From an uncultured Gemmatimonadaceae bacterium (GTDB lineage Bacteria > Gemmatimonadota > Gemmatimonadetes > Gemmatimonadales > GWC2-71-9), in assembly GCA_964580055.1 (NCBI GenBank), contig CAZOJI010000010.1, positions 4,367 to 68,366 of the forward strand: a stretch of 64,000 nucleotides of DNA, read 5' to 3'. Below, piece by piece: positions 1-9,245 of the stretch (positions within the stretch are counted from its first letter, which is position 1; each line of letters begins with the position of its first letter). Under the pieces are notes generated by a model. The model was not told the origin of the DNA, searched no databases, and worked only from the letters and a program-made list of their open reading frames with translations. Position numbers and translations under genes: made by a program.

Positions 1-919
1 GGCGCTGGGGATGCGTGACAAGGAGCGCGGGTTGCCAATGGAACGAAATACATTGTTCCGCATGGCTTCCAACACGAAGCCACCGGTGGCGACGGCGGTC
101 GCGCAGCTCGTGGAGCAGGGAAAACTAAAGTACACCGATCTGGTCCGCAGCTACATACCCGAGTGGGATAACTATCGGGCAGGGTTCATTTCCGTCGATC
201 ACCTGCTGTCGCACACGGGCGGGCTGCGGTTCGAAAGTCTGTTTCTGGAACCGCTGGAGGAGAAGCCAACTCTGCAGCGTGAGTCAGCGCGGTTCGGCGC
301 GTTGGGCGCAGTCGTGCTTCCGGGAACGAGCTACAGCTACAGCAATCCGGGCTACAACACCCTCGGTGCGCTGGTCGAAATCACCTCGGGTCAGCTTCTA
401 CACGGATATCTCGAGGAGGCGATCTACGAGCCGCTGAGAATGGAGGACAGCTACAACTACGTGGACGGCGATGACGTTGACGGAAAGCTGGACCGCATGG
501 GGCCAGCCTACTACCGGCGTGGCAACGACGGCGACTGGGAGCCGGCCGGAACGCCGGGAGGGCCGGTTGCTTATCCGTTCGCGCGCGCGTCCGGCGGGAT
601 GATCTCCACGACGTGGGATTACGCGATCTTCGCCCAGACGATGCTCAACGGCGGCATCTACAACGGCGAACGGATCTTGCGGGCCGAGACGGTTGAGCTG
701 ATGACAGCCCCGAAGGTGCAGATATCGGAGGGAAGCGCCTACGGTTACGGCTGGCGACTCGTGGACGGTACATTCGGGCACAGCGGGTCGGACGGCACCA
801 ATGCCTGGATCGATCCCGAGCGCGAGATCATCGGCCTCGTGTTCACGCAGACGCCACGTGGCCGCCCGTCCATCGACAGATTCCGTGCGATGGTGAACCT
901 GTCGATCGAGGAGCGGTGA
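1..919 (+). CDS. Serine hydrolase, beta-lactamase/PBP-like (S12, class-C-like); 5' end cut by window edge
   Basis: The frame of ORF 11..919 stays open to position 2. The S-x-x-K nucleophile motif 'SNTK' lies only ~20 residues in, whereas it normally sits ~60-70 residues in. Also has the Y-x-N box 'YSYSNPGY' and 'HSGSDG' in the KTG/HxG position. Confidence 0.8.
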   Translation, partial: ALGMRDKERGLPMERNTLFRMASNTKPPVATAVAQLVEQGKLKYTDLVRSYIPEWDNYRAGFISVDHLLSHTGGLRFESLFLEPLEEKPTLQRESARFGALGAVVLPGTSYSYSNPGYNTLGALVEITSGQLLHGYLEEAIYEPLRMEDSYNYVDGDDVDGKLDRMGPAYYRRGNDGDWEPAGTPGGPVAYPFARASGGMISTTWDYAIFAQTMLNGGIYNGERILRAETVELMTAPKVQISEGSAYGYGWRLVDGTFGHSGSDGTNAWIDPEREIIGLVFTQTPRGRPSIDRFRAMVNLSIEER

Positions 920-1443
920 GGGGCGGGCGTTCGGCTGGCCAGGTGACTCCCGAGCATTCTCGCTGATTACTCGTACCTCAACGTCTGCACCGGCTTTACC
1001 CTGCTCGCGGGAACATGGTTGGCTCATTTGGTCTCTTTGAGACGACTCTGTTACGGCGTCCCACACGGGCGCGCTCAGTCGGTATCTGCCTCAAGAGGTC
1101 GACCGTCAAGCGAGCGTACAGCCTGCTTTTCCCGACCGGCCCGGGGTTCGTTCCCAAGTCCGCCCTCATTTCGTCGAATACGGCGGGCAGCTCATCACCC
1201 CGACTTCGTTTGGACTCCTTGGGCAGCAGTCCGATCGGAAGCGTGTGGTGACGCCGGCCGAGGCTCATGAAAATGTGTCTTTCGCGAGGAGCTTCCGGAT
1301 ACAGGTGGAAGGCACATCATTGAGCTGTAAGTTGTTTCCGAGTGATACGAGAATTTCATGATGAAGGTTGCGTCTGACGGGCGGCGAAAGCATAAAGAGA
1401 TAGCATCTTGATTACGTGAACCATCTGTACTTCAGGAGAATTC

Positions 1444-2145
1444 ATGAATCTGAACGGCGCAGTCGCAATAGTAACCGGAGGAAGCGAAGGAATAGGCAGG
1501 TCCATCGCGGAAGCTCTCGAATCCGAGGGTGGGATCGTCACAATCACCGGCAGACGCGAGGAGCTGCTGCGTGCCGCCGCCGAGGAGATAGGCGTGGAGT
1601 GGATCGCTGGGGACGTTGGTGTAGAAGCGGACGCGAAACGAACCGTCGCGTCGGTGGTCGAGAAGCACGGCCGGCTCGACATCCTGGTGAACAATGCGGG
1701 CTTCGGGCTCTCCAAACCGCTCATCGAGATGGAGTTGAGTGAGCTGGAGGGTGTATACCGCACCAACGTGTTCGGCGCATTCCTGATGGCACGTGAAGCT
1801 GCTCGGCAGTTTGTGAAGCAGAGCAGTGGCGAGCTCATAAACATCTCTTCCACCTCGGGTCTCAAAGGCGGAGGCGGCAGCACGGCCTACAGCTCGTCAA
1901 AGTTCGCGTTGAGGGGCATGACCGAGTGTTGGCGCGACGAGCTGCGGCGCCACGACGTTCGTGTGATGCTCGTCAATCCCAGCGAGGTGCAGACGAGTTT
2001 CTTCTCCAAGTTGGGTCGTGAGAAACAGTTCTCTGAAAAGAAGCTGCGCGGTAAGGAGATTGCCGACGCAATCATCGGCGCGCTCAAGGTGGACAATCGC
2101 GGGTTCGTACCGGAGTTTTCGGTGTTTGCGACGAACCCGTTCTAG
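1444..2145 (+). CDS. Short-chain dehydrogenase/reductase (SDR)
   Basis: ATG preceded by AGGAG. Cofactor motif 'VTGGSEGIG', 'NNAG', and catalytic 'YSSSK' (YxxxK). Confidence 0.9.
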   Translation: MNLNGAVAIVTGGSEGIGRSIAEALESEGGIVTITGRREELLRAAAEEIGVEWIAGDVGVEADAKRTVASVVEKHGRLDILVNNAGFGLSKPLIEMELSELEGVYRTNVFGAFLMAREAARQFVKQSSGELINISSTSGLKGGGGSTAYSSSKFALRGMTECWRDELRRHDVRVMLVNPSEVQTSFFSKLGREKQFSEKKLRGKEIADAIIGALKVDNRGFVPEFSVFATNPF

Positions 2146-2243
2146 AGCCAGGAGCGAAAATCTCCAATCTCGATGTTGCGGACTTCGCTCCGCTCACCGG
2201 CCAAACCGATTCTCACCTTTGTTCTACTGAAGACGCCGCCCCG

Positions 2244-2876
2244 TTGGGAGCGCGTGTTCACAGGGAGGTCGTCGAGCCGTTTCTCGAGCTGAAAGCCGCC
2301 GCGCGGGCCGAAGGGTTCGATCTCGCGATCCTCAGCGGGTTCCGTGACTTCGAGCGGCAGCTTGGGATCTGGAATCGCAAGGCGAGCGGGGCGCAGGCGG
2401 TGTTGGACAGCAATGCGGATCCCCTCGATATCTACAGCCTGAGTGAAGAAGAACTCGTCTTTGCCATTCTCAGATGGTCGGCATTGCCGGGGGCTTCCCG
2501 TCACCATTGGGGAACTGATCTGGACGTCTTCGATGCCGCGGCCAAGCCCGAGGGCTACGCGATAGAGCTTCTCCCCGAGGAGGTGGATTCCGGTGGGATG
2601 TTCGGCCCGCTGCACGATTGGCTGGATCGGCGAATCGCAGCGAAAGCTGCGTTCGGATTCTTCAGGCCGTACGAGCGCGACTTGAACGGCGTGGCTCCCG
2701 AGCGCTGGCATCTGAGTCATGCCCCTGTGGCTGCAAGGTTCGAGCAACTGCATTCAGTCGATGTTTTGAGGGATACGCTTCGCCGTGCGGACCTCGCGCT
2801 CAAGGATGCCGTCCTGCTATCGCTCGACGAGATCTGCGAACGCTTCGTAACGAACATCTGCAGGGTGCCGGAATGA
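2244..2876 (+). CDS. M15 family metallopeptidase (VanY/LdcB-like D-Ala-D-Ala / LD-carboxypeptidase); true start probably upstream
   Basis: 'SGFRDFERQ', 'SRHHWGTDLD' (H-x6-D zinc motif) and 'ERWHL'. The listed start is TTG, but the frame is open from 2055 (see finding). Confidence 0.8.
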   Translation: MGARVHREVVEPFLELKAAARAEGFDLAILSGFRDFERQLGIWNRKASGAQAVLDSNADPLDIYSLSEEELVFAILRWSALPGASRHHWGTDLDVFDAAAKPEGYAIELLPEEVDSGGMFGPLHDWLDRRIAAKAAFGFFRPYERDLNGVAPERWHLSHAPVAARFEQLHSVDVLRDTLRRADLALKDAVLLSLDEICERFVTNICRVPE

Positions 2877-3577
2877 ACCGTAGACCGCGTGAGGAGATCG
2901 GGACCATCCCTTGGAACCCGGCCATCTATGGGCGCTCGAACCTGGGCAACCCTTTGGAGTACTGGCGCCCCAGTGGGGACTGCGATCTCCTCATTCATGC
3001 AGGCATTCACGGTGAAGAGGCGGAGACCACGATCGCGCTCTCCCGCGCCCTGCGGCTCTTGCCGGAGCCGTCCCCACATTGTGCCGTTGTATTGGCGGTT
3101 AATCCCGACGGGTTGATCCGCGGTACCCGCGGCAATGCGGCCGGAGTCGATCTGAATCGGAATTTTCCAACGTCCGACTGGCGGCCGGACCCCGTCCATC
3201 ATCGCTCGACCCTGGAAGATCCCAGGGACGTACGTCTGAGTCCGGGCGCCGGTCCCGGTTCCGAACCGGAGGTCAAGGCGCTCGTCAGACTCATAGATGA
3301 TCTCAATCCCCGGGAGGTTGTTGCATTGCACGCCCCGCTGGCGTGCATCGATGACGCGAACCAGGGCCGCCTGGCTCACTGGTTGGCTGACAAGACGGGG
3401 CTACCTCTGGTGGCGGACGTGGGGTATCCAACGCCGGGTTCTTTCGGCACCTGGGGAGGTGAAAGGGACCTCCCGGTCATAACCTATGAGTTTCCTCTCA
3501 CCACTACCGACGCGCTGGTTCGCGAACACGTGCCGGTGCTCGCGGAGCTGCTCGCAGGCGAGGCTCAATGGTCCTGA
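2873..3577 (+). CDS. mpaA: M14 murein peptide amidase A-like (gamma-D-Glu-Dap amidase)
   Basis: Internal ATG at 2873 forms an ATGA overlap with the M15 stop. 'HAGIHGEE' (HxxE Zn site), 'NPDG', 'VDLNRNFP', 'ALHAP'. About 234 aa, as expected for MpaA. The longer 2618 start overlaps the M15 gene. Confidence 0.8.
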   Translation: MNRRPREEIGTIPWNPAIYGRSNLGNPLEYWRPSGDCDLLIHAGIHGEEAETTIALSRALRLLPEPSPHCAVVLAVNPDGLIRGTRGNAAGVDLNRNFPTSDWRPDPVHHRSTLEDPRDVRLSPGAGPGSEPEVKALVRLIDDLNPREVVALHAPLACIDDANQGRLAHWLADKTGLPLVADVGYPTPGSFGTWGGERDLPVITYEFPLTTTDALVREHVPVLAELLAGEAQWS

Positions 3578-4800
3578 ATTACATCTGGATTGCCTTTTTC
3601 CTGATCTCGCTCGTGTTGGGCCTGGTTAAACTGATCTTTTTCGGTGACACCGAGGTCTTCACCGAGATGGTCAACAGCACCTTCGAAATGGCCGGTGTGA
3701 GTGTCGATATTTGCCTCGGCCTAATCGGGGTGCTGACCTTGTGGTTGGGTCTGATGAAGGTGGGCGAGAAGGGTGGTGCGGTAGCCATACTCGCTTGGGC
3801 CGTCCGACCGTTCTTCAATAAACTGTTTCCCGGCGTGCCGAAGGATCATCCCGTACACGGCTCCATAGTGATGAACTACGCAGCCAATATGCTGGGACTC
3901 GACAACGCAGCAACACCACTCGGCCTCAAGGCGATGCAGGAGCTGCAGGATCTCAATCCCGACAAAGACTCTGCCACCAACGCGCAGATCATGTTCCTGG
4001 TGCTCAATACGTCGGGACTGACGGTGATCCCAATCAGCATAATGGTTTACCGTGCGCAACTGGGAGCAGCCAATCCGTCGGACATCTTTCTCCCAATTCT
4101 CCTGACCACCTTCTTTTCGACACTGGCCGGGTTGATTTCGGTGGCGGTCATCCAGAGGATCGACCTCCTGGACAAGACCGTCATGGCATATCTCGTGGCG
4201 CTCACCGCCGTGGTCTTGGGCATCATCATCTACTTCGCTCAGCTTCCTCAGGAACAGGTCGAGACGATATCCAACGTGGTCGCTAATGTTTTGCTTTTCG
4301 GCGTGATAGCGGGGTTCATATCGCTCGCAATGGTGCGAAGAGTGAACGTCTACGAAGCCTTTATCGACGGGGCCAAGGAAGGGTTCGCCGTCGTTATCAA
4401 GATCATTCCCTACCTCGTCGCAATTCTGGTGGGGATCGGCGTTTTCCGTGCGTCAGGGGCATTGGACATCCTGGTGGGCGGTATCGAGAGGGTGTTCGTC
4501 GCTCTGGGCATCAACACCGATTTCATCGAGGCACTACCCACGGCTCTAATGAAACCGCTCAGTGGAAGTGGGGCCAGGGGGATGATGGTCGACGCCATGC
4601 AAACCCATGGCGCGGATTCTTTTGTGGGGCGTCTCGCTAGCACCTTCCAGGGAGTCACCGACACCACATTCTACGCCATTGCGCTCTACTTCGGATCGGT
4701 GGGAGTGAGGAACACCCGTTACACCGTACAATGCGGCCTGATTGCGGACTTCGTTGCGATAGTCGCGGGCATATTCATCGCGTACCTGTTCTTCGGTTGA
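3568..4800 (+). CDS. Nucleoside-recognition-domain membrane protein (fused SpmA/SpmB-like)
   Basis: 410-aa polytopic membrane protein. N-terminus 'MVLNYIWIAFFLISL...' and 'GLDNAATPLGLKAM' are typical of this family. Overlaps the mpaA-like gene by 10 nt. Confidence 0.7.
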   Translation: MVLNYIWIAFFLISLVLGLVKLIFFGDTEVFTEMVNSTFEMAGVSVDICLGLIGVLTLWLGLMKVGEKGGAVAILAWAVRPFFNKLFPGVPKDHPVHGSIVMNYAANMLGLDNAATPLGLKAMQELQDLNPDKDSATNAQIMFLVLNTSGLTVIPISIMVYRAQLGAANPSDIFLPILLTTFFSTLAGLISVAVIQRIDLLDKTVMAYLVALTAVVLGIIIYFAQLPQEQVETISNVVANVLLFGVIAGFISLAMVRRVNVYEAFIDGAKEGFAVVIKIIPYLVAILVGIGVFRASGALDILVGGIERVFVALGINTDFIEALPTALMKPLSGSGARGMMVDAMQTHGADSFVGRLASTFQGVTDTTFYAIALYFGSVGVRNTRYTVQCGLIADFVAIVAGIFIAYLFFG

Positions 4801-4927
4801 ATCACGCGGCAGGTATCATCTGGACACTCACCGGGCCAACAACCATACTTGAAATGGTTTGGGGAAATCCTCTCGCGAGGTTTGTGACAACCCGCGCGCC
4901 ATTCCGCGCACTTCTTTGGAGAATCTC

Positions 4928-6970
4928 ATGCGCACAGTGATCTCGACATGCGTTCTCGCTCTACTGGCGGCGTCGTCAGTCGCCCAGGACGACCGTTTCA
5001 ACGCCGAGGACGTGTTCCAACTGGAGCGGGCGATCGACCCGCAGATATCGCCCGACGGGAGCAGAACAGTCTACATGCGGGCCGGTTTCGATATCATGAC
5101 CGACCGCACCCGCACCTCGTTGTGGGTGGTGAACACAGACGGCTCGGAGCACCGTCCACTGATCACGGGCCCCAACAACTACTCTTCACCGCGCTGGTCT
5201 CCCGACGGGTCGCGCCTGGCTTACGTTTCCCAGGAGGAGGGACGCTCGCAGATCTTCGTGAGGTGGATGGACACCGGGGAGGAAGCCCGGCTCACGAATC
5301 TGACGGAGTCACCGGGTGGGATATCGTGGTCGCCCGACGGTGAGTGGATTGCCTTCTCTATGTTCGTGCCGCACGATGAAGGAACGCTTTCGGCGGAGAT
5401 GCCGCGAAGGCCGGAGGGAGCAGAGTGGGGGCCGCCGATCAAGGTGATAGATCAACTCAACTACAGGGCCGACGGCGCCGGTTACCTCGACGAAGGGTAC
5501 GACCATCTATTCGTGATTCCCGCAGTAGGAGGGACGCCACGCCAGGTTTCCTCCGGGCCTCACGACCATGGAGGCGCCATCGAGTGGACGCGCGACGGCG
5601 GCTCTCTGATAATCTCGGTCAATAGGAGCGAGAACGTTTCGGAAGAGCCGAGAAACAGTGAAGTTTACCGTCTAACTCTCGAGGACGGCTCCTATACCCA
5701 GTTGACCGATCGGTTTGGTCCGGACGGCAATGTGCGCCTGTCTCCCAACGGCCGCATGATCGCTTATACGGGTTACGATGACACGTTTCAGGGCTACTCG
5801 GTCACGAAGCTATATGTGATGAACAGCGACGGCTCCAACAGCCGGTTGATCTCGGGCGTCTTGGATCGCGACGTAGCCAACCCGCGGTGGAGCGCCGACG
5901 GGCGCGGATTGTTCATCCAATACGACGACCGGGGCAACACCAAGATCGGCTACATGACACTCGACGGCGACGTCGAGGTGCTCGCCGAGAACGTGGGCGG
6001 GCTTTCCTTGGGTCGTCCGTATGGTGGCGGCCAGTATACCGTCGCATCCAACGGTACGTTCGCGTTCACATTGGGCACTCCGTACCATCCTGCCGAGTTG
6101 GCCGTGGGCTCACGGGGGCGAGATGTGCACCAGCTCACGCAACTGAACGACGACTTGCTCGGCCACAAGGAGTTGGGGCAGGTGGAGGAGATCTGGTGGG
6201 AATCGTCTTTCGACGGCCGCCGCATTCAAGGTTGGATCACGAAGCCGCCGGGTTTCAATGCTGCCAACGACTATCCCTTGATACTGGAGATTCACGGTGG
6301 GCCGTTCTCCAACTACGGAGACCGTTTCTCCGCAGAGAACCAGCTCTATGCCTCTGCCGGCTACGTGGTATTGTCCGCGAATCCGCGCGGTTCCACCAGC
6401 TACGGCCAAGAGTTCGGCAACTTGATCCACCACAATTATCCCAGCCAGGATCACGACGATCTCATGTCGGGCGTCGATGCGATGATCGCTCAGGGATATG
6501 TCGATGAAGACAACCTGTTCATTACTGGAGGGAGCGGTGGCGGTGTTCTGAGTTCCTGGGCGGTGGGACACACCGACCGATTCACGGCTGCGGCGGTTCA
6601 GAAGCCTGTGATCAACTGGTATTCGTTCGTGCTCAACGCCGACGGGCTCGATTTCTTCTGGCGCTACTGGTTCCCCGGGAAACCTTGGGATCACCTCGAA
6701 CACTACATGGAGCGCTCGCCGCTCCATTACGCCGGCAATGTGAAGACTCCGACAATGTTGATCACCGGTGAAGTCGATTACCGCACGCCCATGTCGGAGA
6801 CCGAGCAGTTCTACGGCGCTCTCAAGATTCAGGGGGTGGAGACGACCATGGTCCGCATCCCGGACGCGGGCCACGGTATTGCGAACAAACCCAGCAACCT
6901 GATAGCCAAGATCGCCTACATCCTCGGTTGGTTCGACGAGTACCGGACGGGCTCGCGGAACGTATCGTAG
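4928..6970 (+). CDS. S9 prolyl-oligopeptidase-family serine peptidase with N-terminal TolB-like beta-propeller
   Basis: The internal ATG at 4928 gives the signal peptide 'MRTVISTCVLALLAASSVAQ'. Repeated 'SPDGS/WSPDG' propeller motifs, nucleophile 'GGSGGG' (GxSxGG), and C-terminal 'DAGHG'. Confidence 0.9.
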   Translation: MRTVISTCVLALLAASSVAQDDRFNAEDVFQLERAIDPQISPDGSRTVYMRAGFDIMTDRTRTSLWVVNTDGSEHRPLITGPNNYSSPRWSPDGSRLAYVSQEEGRSQIFVRWMDTGEEARLTNLTESPGGISWSPDGEWIAFSMFVPHDEGTLSAEMPRRPEGAEWGPPIKVIDQLNYRADGAGYLDEGYDHLFVIPAVGGTPRQVSSGPHDHGGAIEWTRDGGSLIISVNRSENVSEEPRNSEVYRLTLEDGSYTQLTDRFGPDGNVRLSPNGRMIAYTGYDDTFQGYSVTKLYVMNSDGSNSRLISGVLDRDVANPRWSADGRGLFIQYDDRGNTKIGYMTLDGDVEVLAENVGGLSLGRPYGGGQYTVASNGTFAFTLGTPYHPAELAVGSRGRDVHQLTQLNDDLLGHKELGQVEEIWWESSFDGRRIQGWITKPPGFNAANDYPLILEIHGGPFSNYGDRFSAENQLYASAGYVVLSANPRGSTSYGQEFGNLIHHNYPSQDHDDLMSGVDAMIAQGYVDEDNLFITGGSGGGVLSSWAVGHTDRFTAAAVQKPVINWYSFVLNADGLDFFWRYWFPGKPWDHLEHYMERSPLHYAGNVKTPTMLITGEVDYRTPMSETEQFYGALKIQGVETTMVRIPDAGHGIANKPSNLIAKIAYILGWFDEYRTGSRNVS

Positions 6971-6993
6971 AGCTGGTTTGTGTCTGCATTGAA

Positions 6994-7125
6994 GTGGGCC
7001 GTTTCAGCAGCTTCAACCTGGGACTCATGTTGAACGTCGGGGACGGCATAGACCTCGATGCGGACCGAGCCGAGGCACTTATCAGAAGAGCATGTGAGTT
7101 GGGGTTGGAAGAGGCCTGCAACTGA
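6994..7125 (+). CDS. Possible 43-aa Sel1/Hcp-like single-repeat ORF or gene remnant
   Basis: 'FNLGLMLNVGDGIDLDADRAEALIRRACELGLEEAC' fits the Sel1/Hcp repeat pattern (LG.M...G.G...D...A......AC.LG....C). The stop codon lies in the loop of the 7107..7135 hairpin. GTG start; no clear SD. Confidence 0.2.
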   Translation: MGRFSSFNLGLMLNVGDGIDLDADRAEALIRRACELGLEEACN

Positions 7126-7135
7126 GGCCTCTTCC
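7107..7135. terminator. Perfect 10-bp GC-rich hairpin between convergent genes (candidate bidirectional terminator)
   Basis: GGAAGAGGCC (7107-7116), 9-nt loop, GGCCTCTTCC (7126-7135). Lies between the S9 peptidase (+) and the CDGSH gene (-). No U-tract on either side. Confidence 0.4.
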
Positions 7136-7185
7136 TCAGAAAACTCGCTTCGACGGTTGAGCCCGTCGGGTTCTGAGTCGGATTG

Positions 7186-7425
7186 TCAGAGCGAGGTGTG
7201 TGTTCCGTCGCATAAGGGAGGGGTGTTTGTCTTCTTGCAGCCGCAGAACCCCTTCTTGCCGCTGGAGTCGGCTTTCCAGATCACCGGCTGTGGGTCATCC
7301 TCTGTGTGCACGTTGTCGCAAAAAGGTTGTCTGGTCGACTTGCCGCACGCGCACCATCTGTAGGTTCTACCGGCCTCGACATCTACCAGATAGGGTCCCT
7401 TCTGTGCTATGACTGGTTCGTTCAT
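7186..7425 (-). CDS. CDGSH iron-sulfur domain protein (two CDGSH motifs)
   Basis: 'CACGKSTRQPFCDNVH' and 'CGCKKTNTPPLCDGTH'. Confidence 0.9.
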   Translation of the reverse strand: MNEPVIAQKGPYLVDVEAGRTYRWCACGKSTRQPFCDNVHTEDDPQPVIWKADSSGKKGFCGCKKTNTPPLCDGTHTSL

Positions 7426-7652
7426 TCTGGTTGCCTCGAAGGTTTAGTTGACTCGTGTGGATCCGGATTGGTGTGTTCGGTTTCCTGCCACACCATCATA
7501 ATGGCTGGTTCCCAGTTCAGTCCAGTTGTCCGACAGTACTACCGTTCCCGTTTCTGTACATAGGTGCCGCCACATCTGCGCGCGTCCTTGCGCGTGCGGC
7601 TCACATAAACTTCTTCTTCCCCCACAGGCATTGCCTCTGTAATCTTCAGTTC

Positions 7653-9245
7653 ATGTCCGGACGGATCGGTTCCGAACTGCTCGCTCTCCAAGACGTTCTC
7701 GCGGGACGTTATTCGATAGAACGCGAGTTGGGTCGCGGGGGGATGGGCATCGTTTTCCTCGCTCGCGACGTTGCACTCGACAGATTGGTGGCGATCAAAC
7801 TGCTGCCGCCCACATTCGCGGCCGACCCGGATCATCGAGCGCGTTTCCTAGCAGAAGCGCGTACTGCAGCCGGCTTGTCCCACCCCAACATAGTGCCGAT
7901 TCACTCAGTAGAGGAGCACGGCGACTTCGTGTTCTTCGTGATGGGCTACGTCGACGGAGAGACACTGCGAGAACGCGTGGAACGGGTGGGAGCGATATCC
8001 CCGCGCTACGCCATGAAGGTAATGCAGGAAGTGGCGTGGGCGCTTGCGTATGCGCACCAGCGGGGCGTCGTGCATCGGGACATCAAGCCCGACAACATCA
8101 TGATAGAGGAAGCCACCGACCGCGCCATGGTCACCGACTTCGGCATTGCCCAGGTGGGTAGAACCGGGGAAGAAGAATCATCGGGCGAGATAGTAGGCAC
8201 GGCTCGGTACATGAGTCCGGAGCAGGCATGCGGCGACAAGTTGGACGGCAGGAGCGACCTCTACTCGCTGGCCGCAACCATGTTTTACGCGCTCACGGGC
8301 CGGGCACCGTTCGATGCGCCGACACTCCCGGCGATGCTGGCGCTCCAGGTCTCGAGTCCCGCACCTGCTCTTCAGGAAGCCTGTCCCGAGGCATCGGACA
8401 AACTTGGGGCGATCATTGACCGCTGTTTGGAGAAGGCGCCAGAGAACCGGATGCAGACAGGTGATGAAGTCGCGAAGGAGATTGGCGACGCGAGAGGCCG
8501 CGACCTGAGAGCGCCTCCACTAGTTCGTGGCTTCGTGCGCAACGCCGAAGTTACCACCATGGTGATCTTTGCTCTGGCTATTGGTGGCCAGAGTGCTTCG
8601 GCGGGCGCGCAGGGTTTCAACATTTCTATCGGCGGTCCCGGCATCATCGGTCTCATCCTGATCATACAACTGGTCATGCTCGCTCGCCGGCTGCTTCGTG
8701 AGGGGTATGCGTACGAAGACATCCGTGCCGCCCTACTGGCCGAGGCGGCGGTGCAAGAAGAAGAAGCAGAGATGGCCACGAAGCGGCGTTGGTTGAAGCG
8801 TTTGAATACCATGTGGCACCGTCTCTGGGCCGGGAAGTTCGGACGATGGTTCTTCGGCGTCGCGGGCACCGGCGTCAAGCCTCCGGAACGTTCGGCTCAC
8901 CCGTCGGCGGACGCAACCGAACTGGTGTTGAGTCGGGCGGCCGTGGATCTCTATCGCGAGCTTCCGCCATCGGACAGGTCGCGGCTGAGTGACATGCCGC
9001 AGGTGGTGGACAAGCTCGAAAGCCAGGCCGAAAAGCTTCGTGGCAGAGAGGACAGCGGGGAGCACCTCACCGCGACGGTCGCCGCGCTCGAGAGGTTGCG
9101 TTTGGCATTGATGCGGCTTCAGGCGGGTGAGGGGTCGGTTCAGGATCTCACTCTTCATCTGCAGCACGCAAGGGATATAGGCGACCGGATCGACAGGGAG
9201 CTTGCGGGACGGGGGGAGGTGGAGGCTGCACTGAGAGGCAAATGA
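7653..9245 (+). CDS. Ser/Thr protein kinase (Hanks type) with two TM segments and a coiled-coil C-terminus
   Basis: The internal ATG at 7653 gives 'MSGRIG...RYSIERELGRGGMGIVFLARD'. 'VAIKLL', 'HRDIKPDN', 'DFG', 'YMSPEQ'. The upstream 66 codons of the listed ORF look non-coding. Confidence 0.9.
   Translation: MSGRIGSELLALQDVLAGRYSIERELGRGGMGIVFLARDVALDRLVAIKLLPPTFAADPDHRARFLAEARTAAGLSHPNIVPIHSVEEHGDFVFFVMGYVDGETLRERVERVGAISPRYAMKVMQEVAWALAYAHQRGVVHRDIKPDNIMIEEATDRAMVTDFGIAQVGRTGEEESSGEIVGTARYMSPEQACGDKLDGRSDLYSLAATMFYALTGRAPFDAPTLPAMLALQVSSPAPALQEACPEASDKLGAIIDRCLEKAPENRMQTGDEVAKEIGDARGRDLRAPPLVRGFVRNAEVTTMVIFALAIGGQSASAGAQGFNISIGGPGIIGLILIIQLVMLARRLLREGYAYEDIRAALLAEAAVQEEEAEMATKRRWLKRLNTMWHRLWAGKFGRWFFGVAGTGVKPPERSAHPSADATELVLSRAAVDLYRELPPSDRSRLSDMPQVVDKLESQAEKLRGREDSGEHLTATVAALERLRLALMRLQAGEGSVQDLTLHLQHARDIGDRIDRELAGRGEVEAALRGK

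Noticed and set aside
996-1268. 90-aa minus-strand ORF in the 525-bp gap between the S12 hydrolase and the SDR gene.
   Set aside because: It is open and not overlapped by another gene, but I recognise no motif and see no convincing SD. Two plus-strand ORFs of similar length overlap it. I left it uncalled; it may be a real small gene or a remnant.
2142-2753. 203-aa minus-strand ORF. The same applies to many other long antisense or overlapping ORFs in the track, for example 398..1066(-), 6110..6874(-), 14101..14769(-), 19140..19961(-), 20615..21553(-), 25313..26161(-), 27724..28542(-), 29749..30780(+), 49063..49788(+) and 55705..56394(+).
   Set aside because: Each lies entirely opposite, or out of frame to, a CDS with clear family motifs. 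Their translations are Arg/Pro/Gly/Ser-rich low-complexity sequence typical of shadow ORFs in GC-rich DNA, and no motifs were recognisable.
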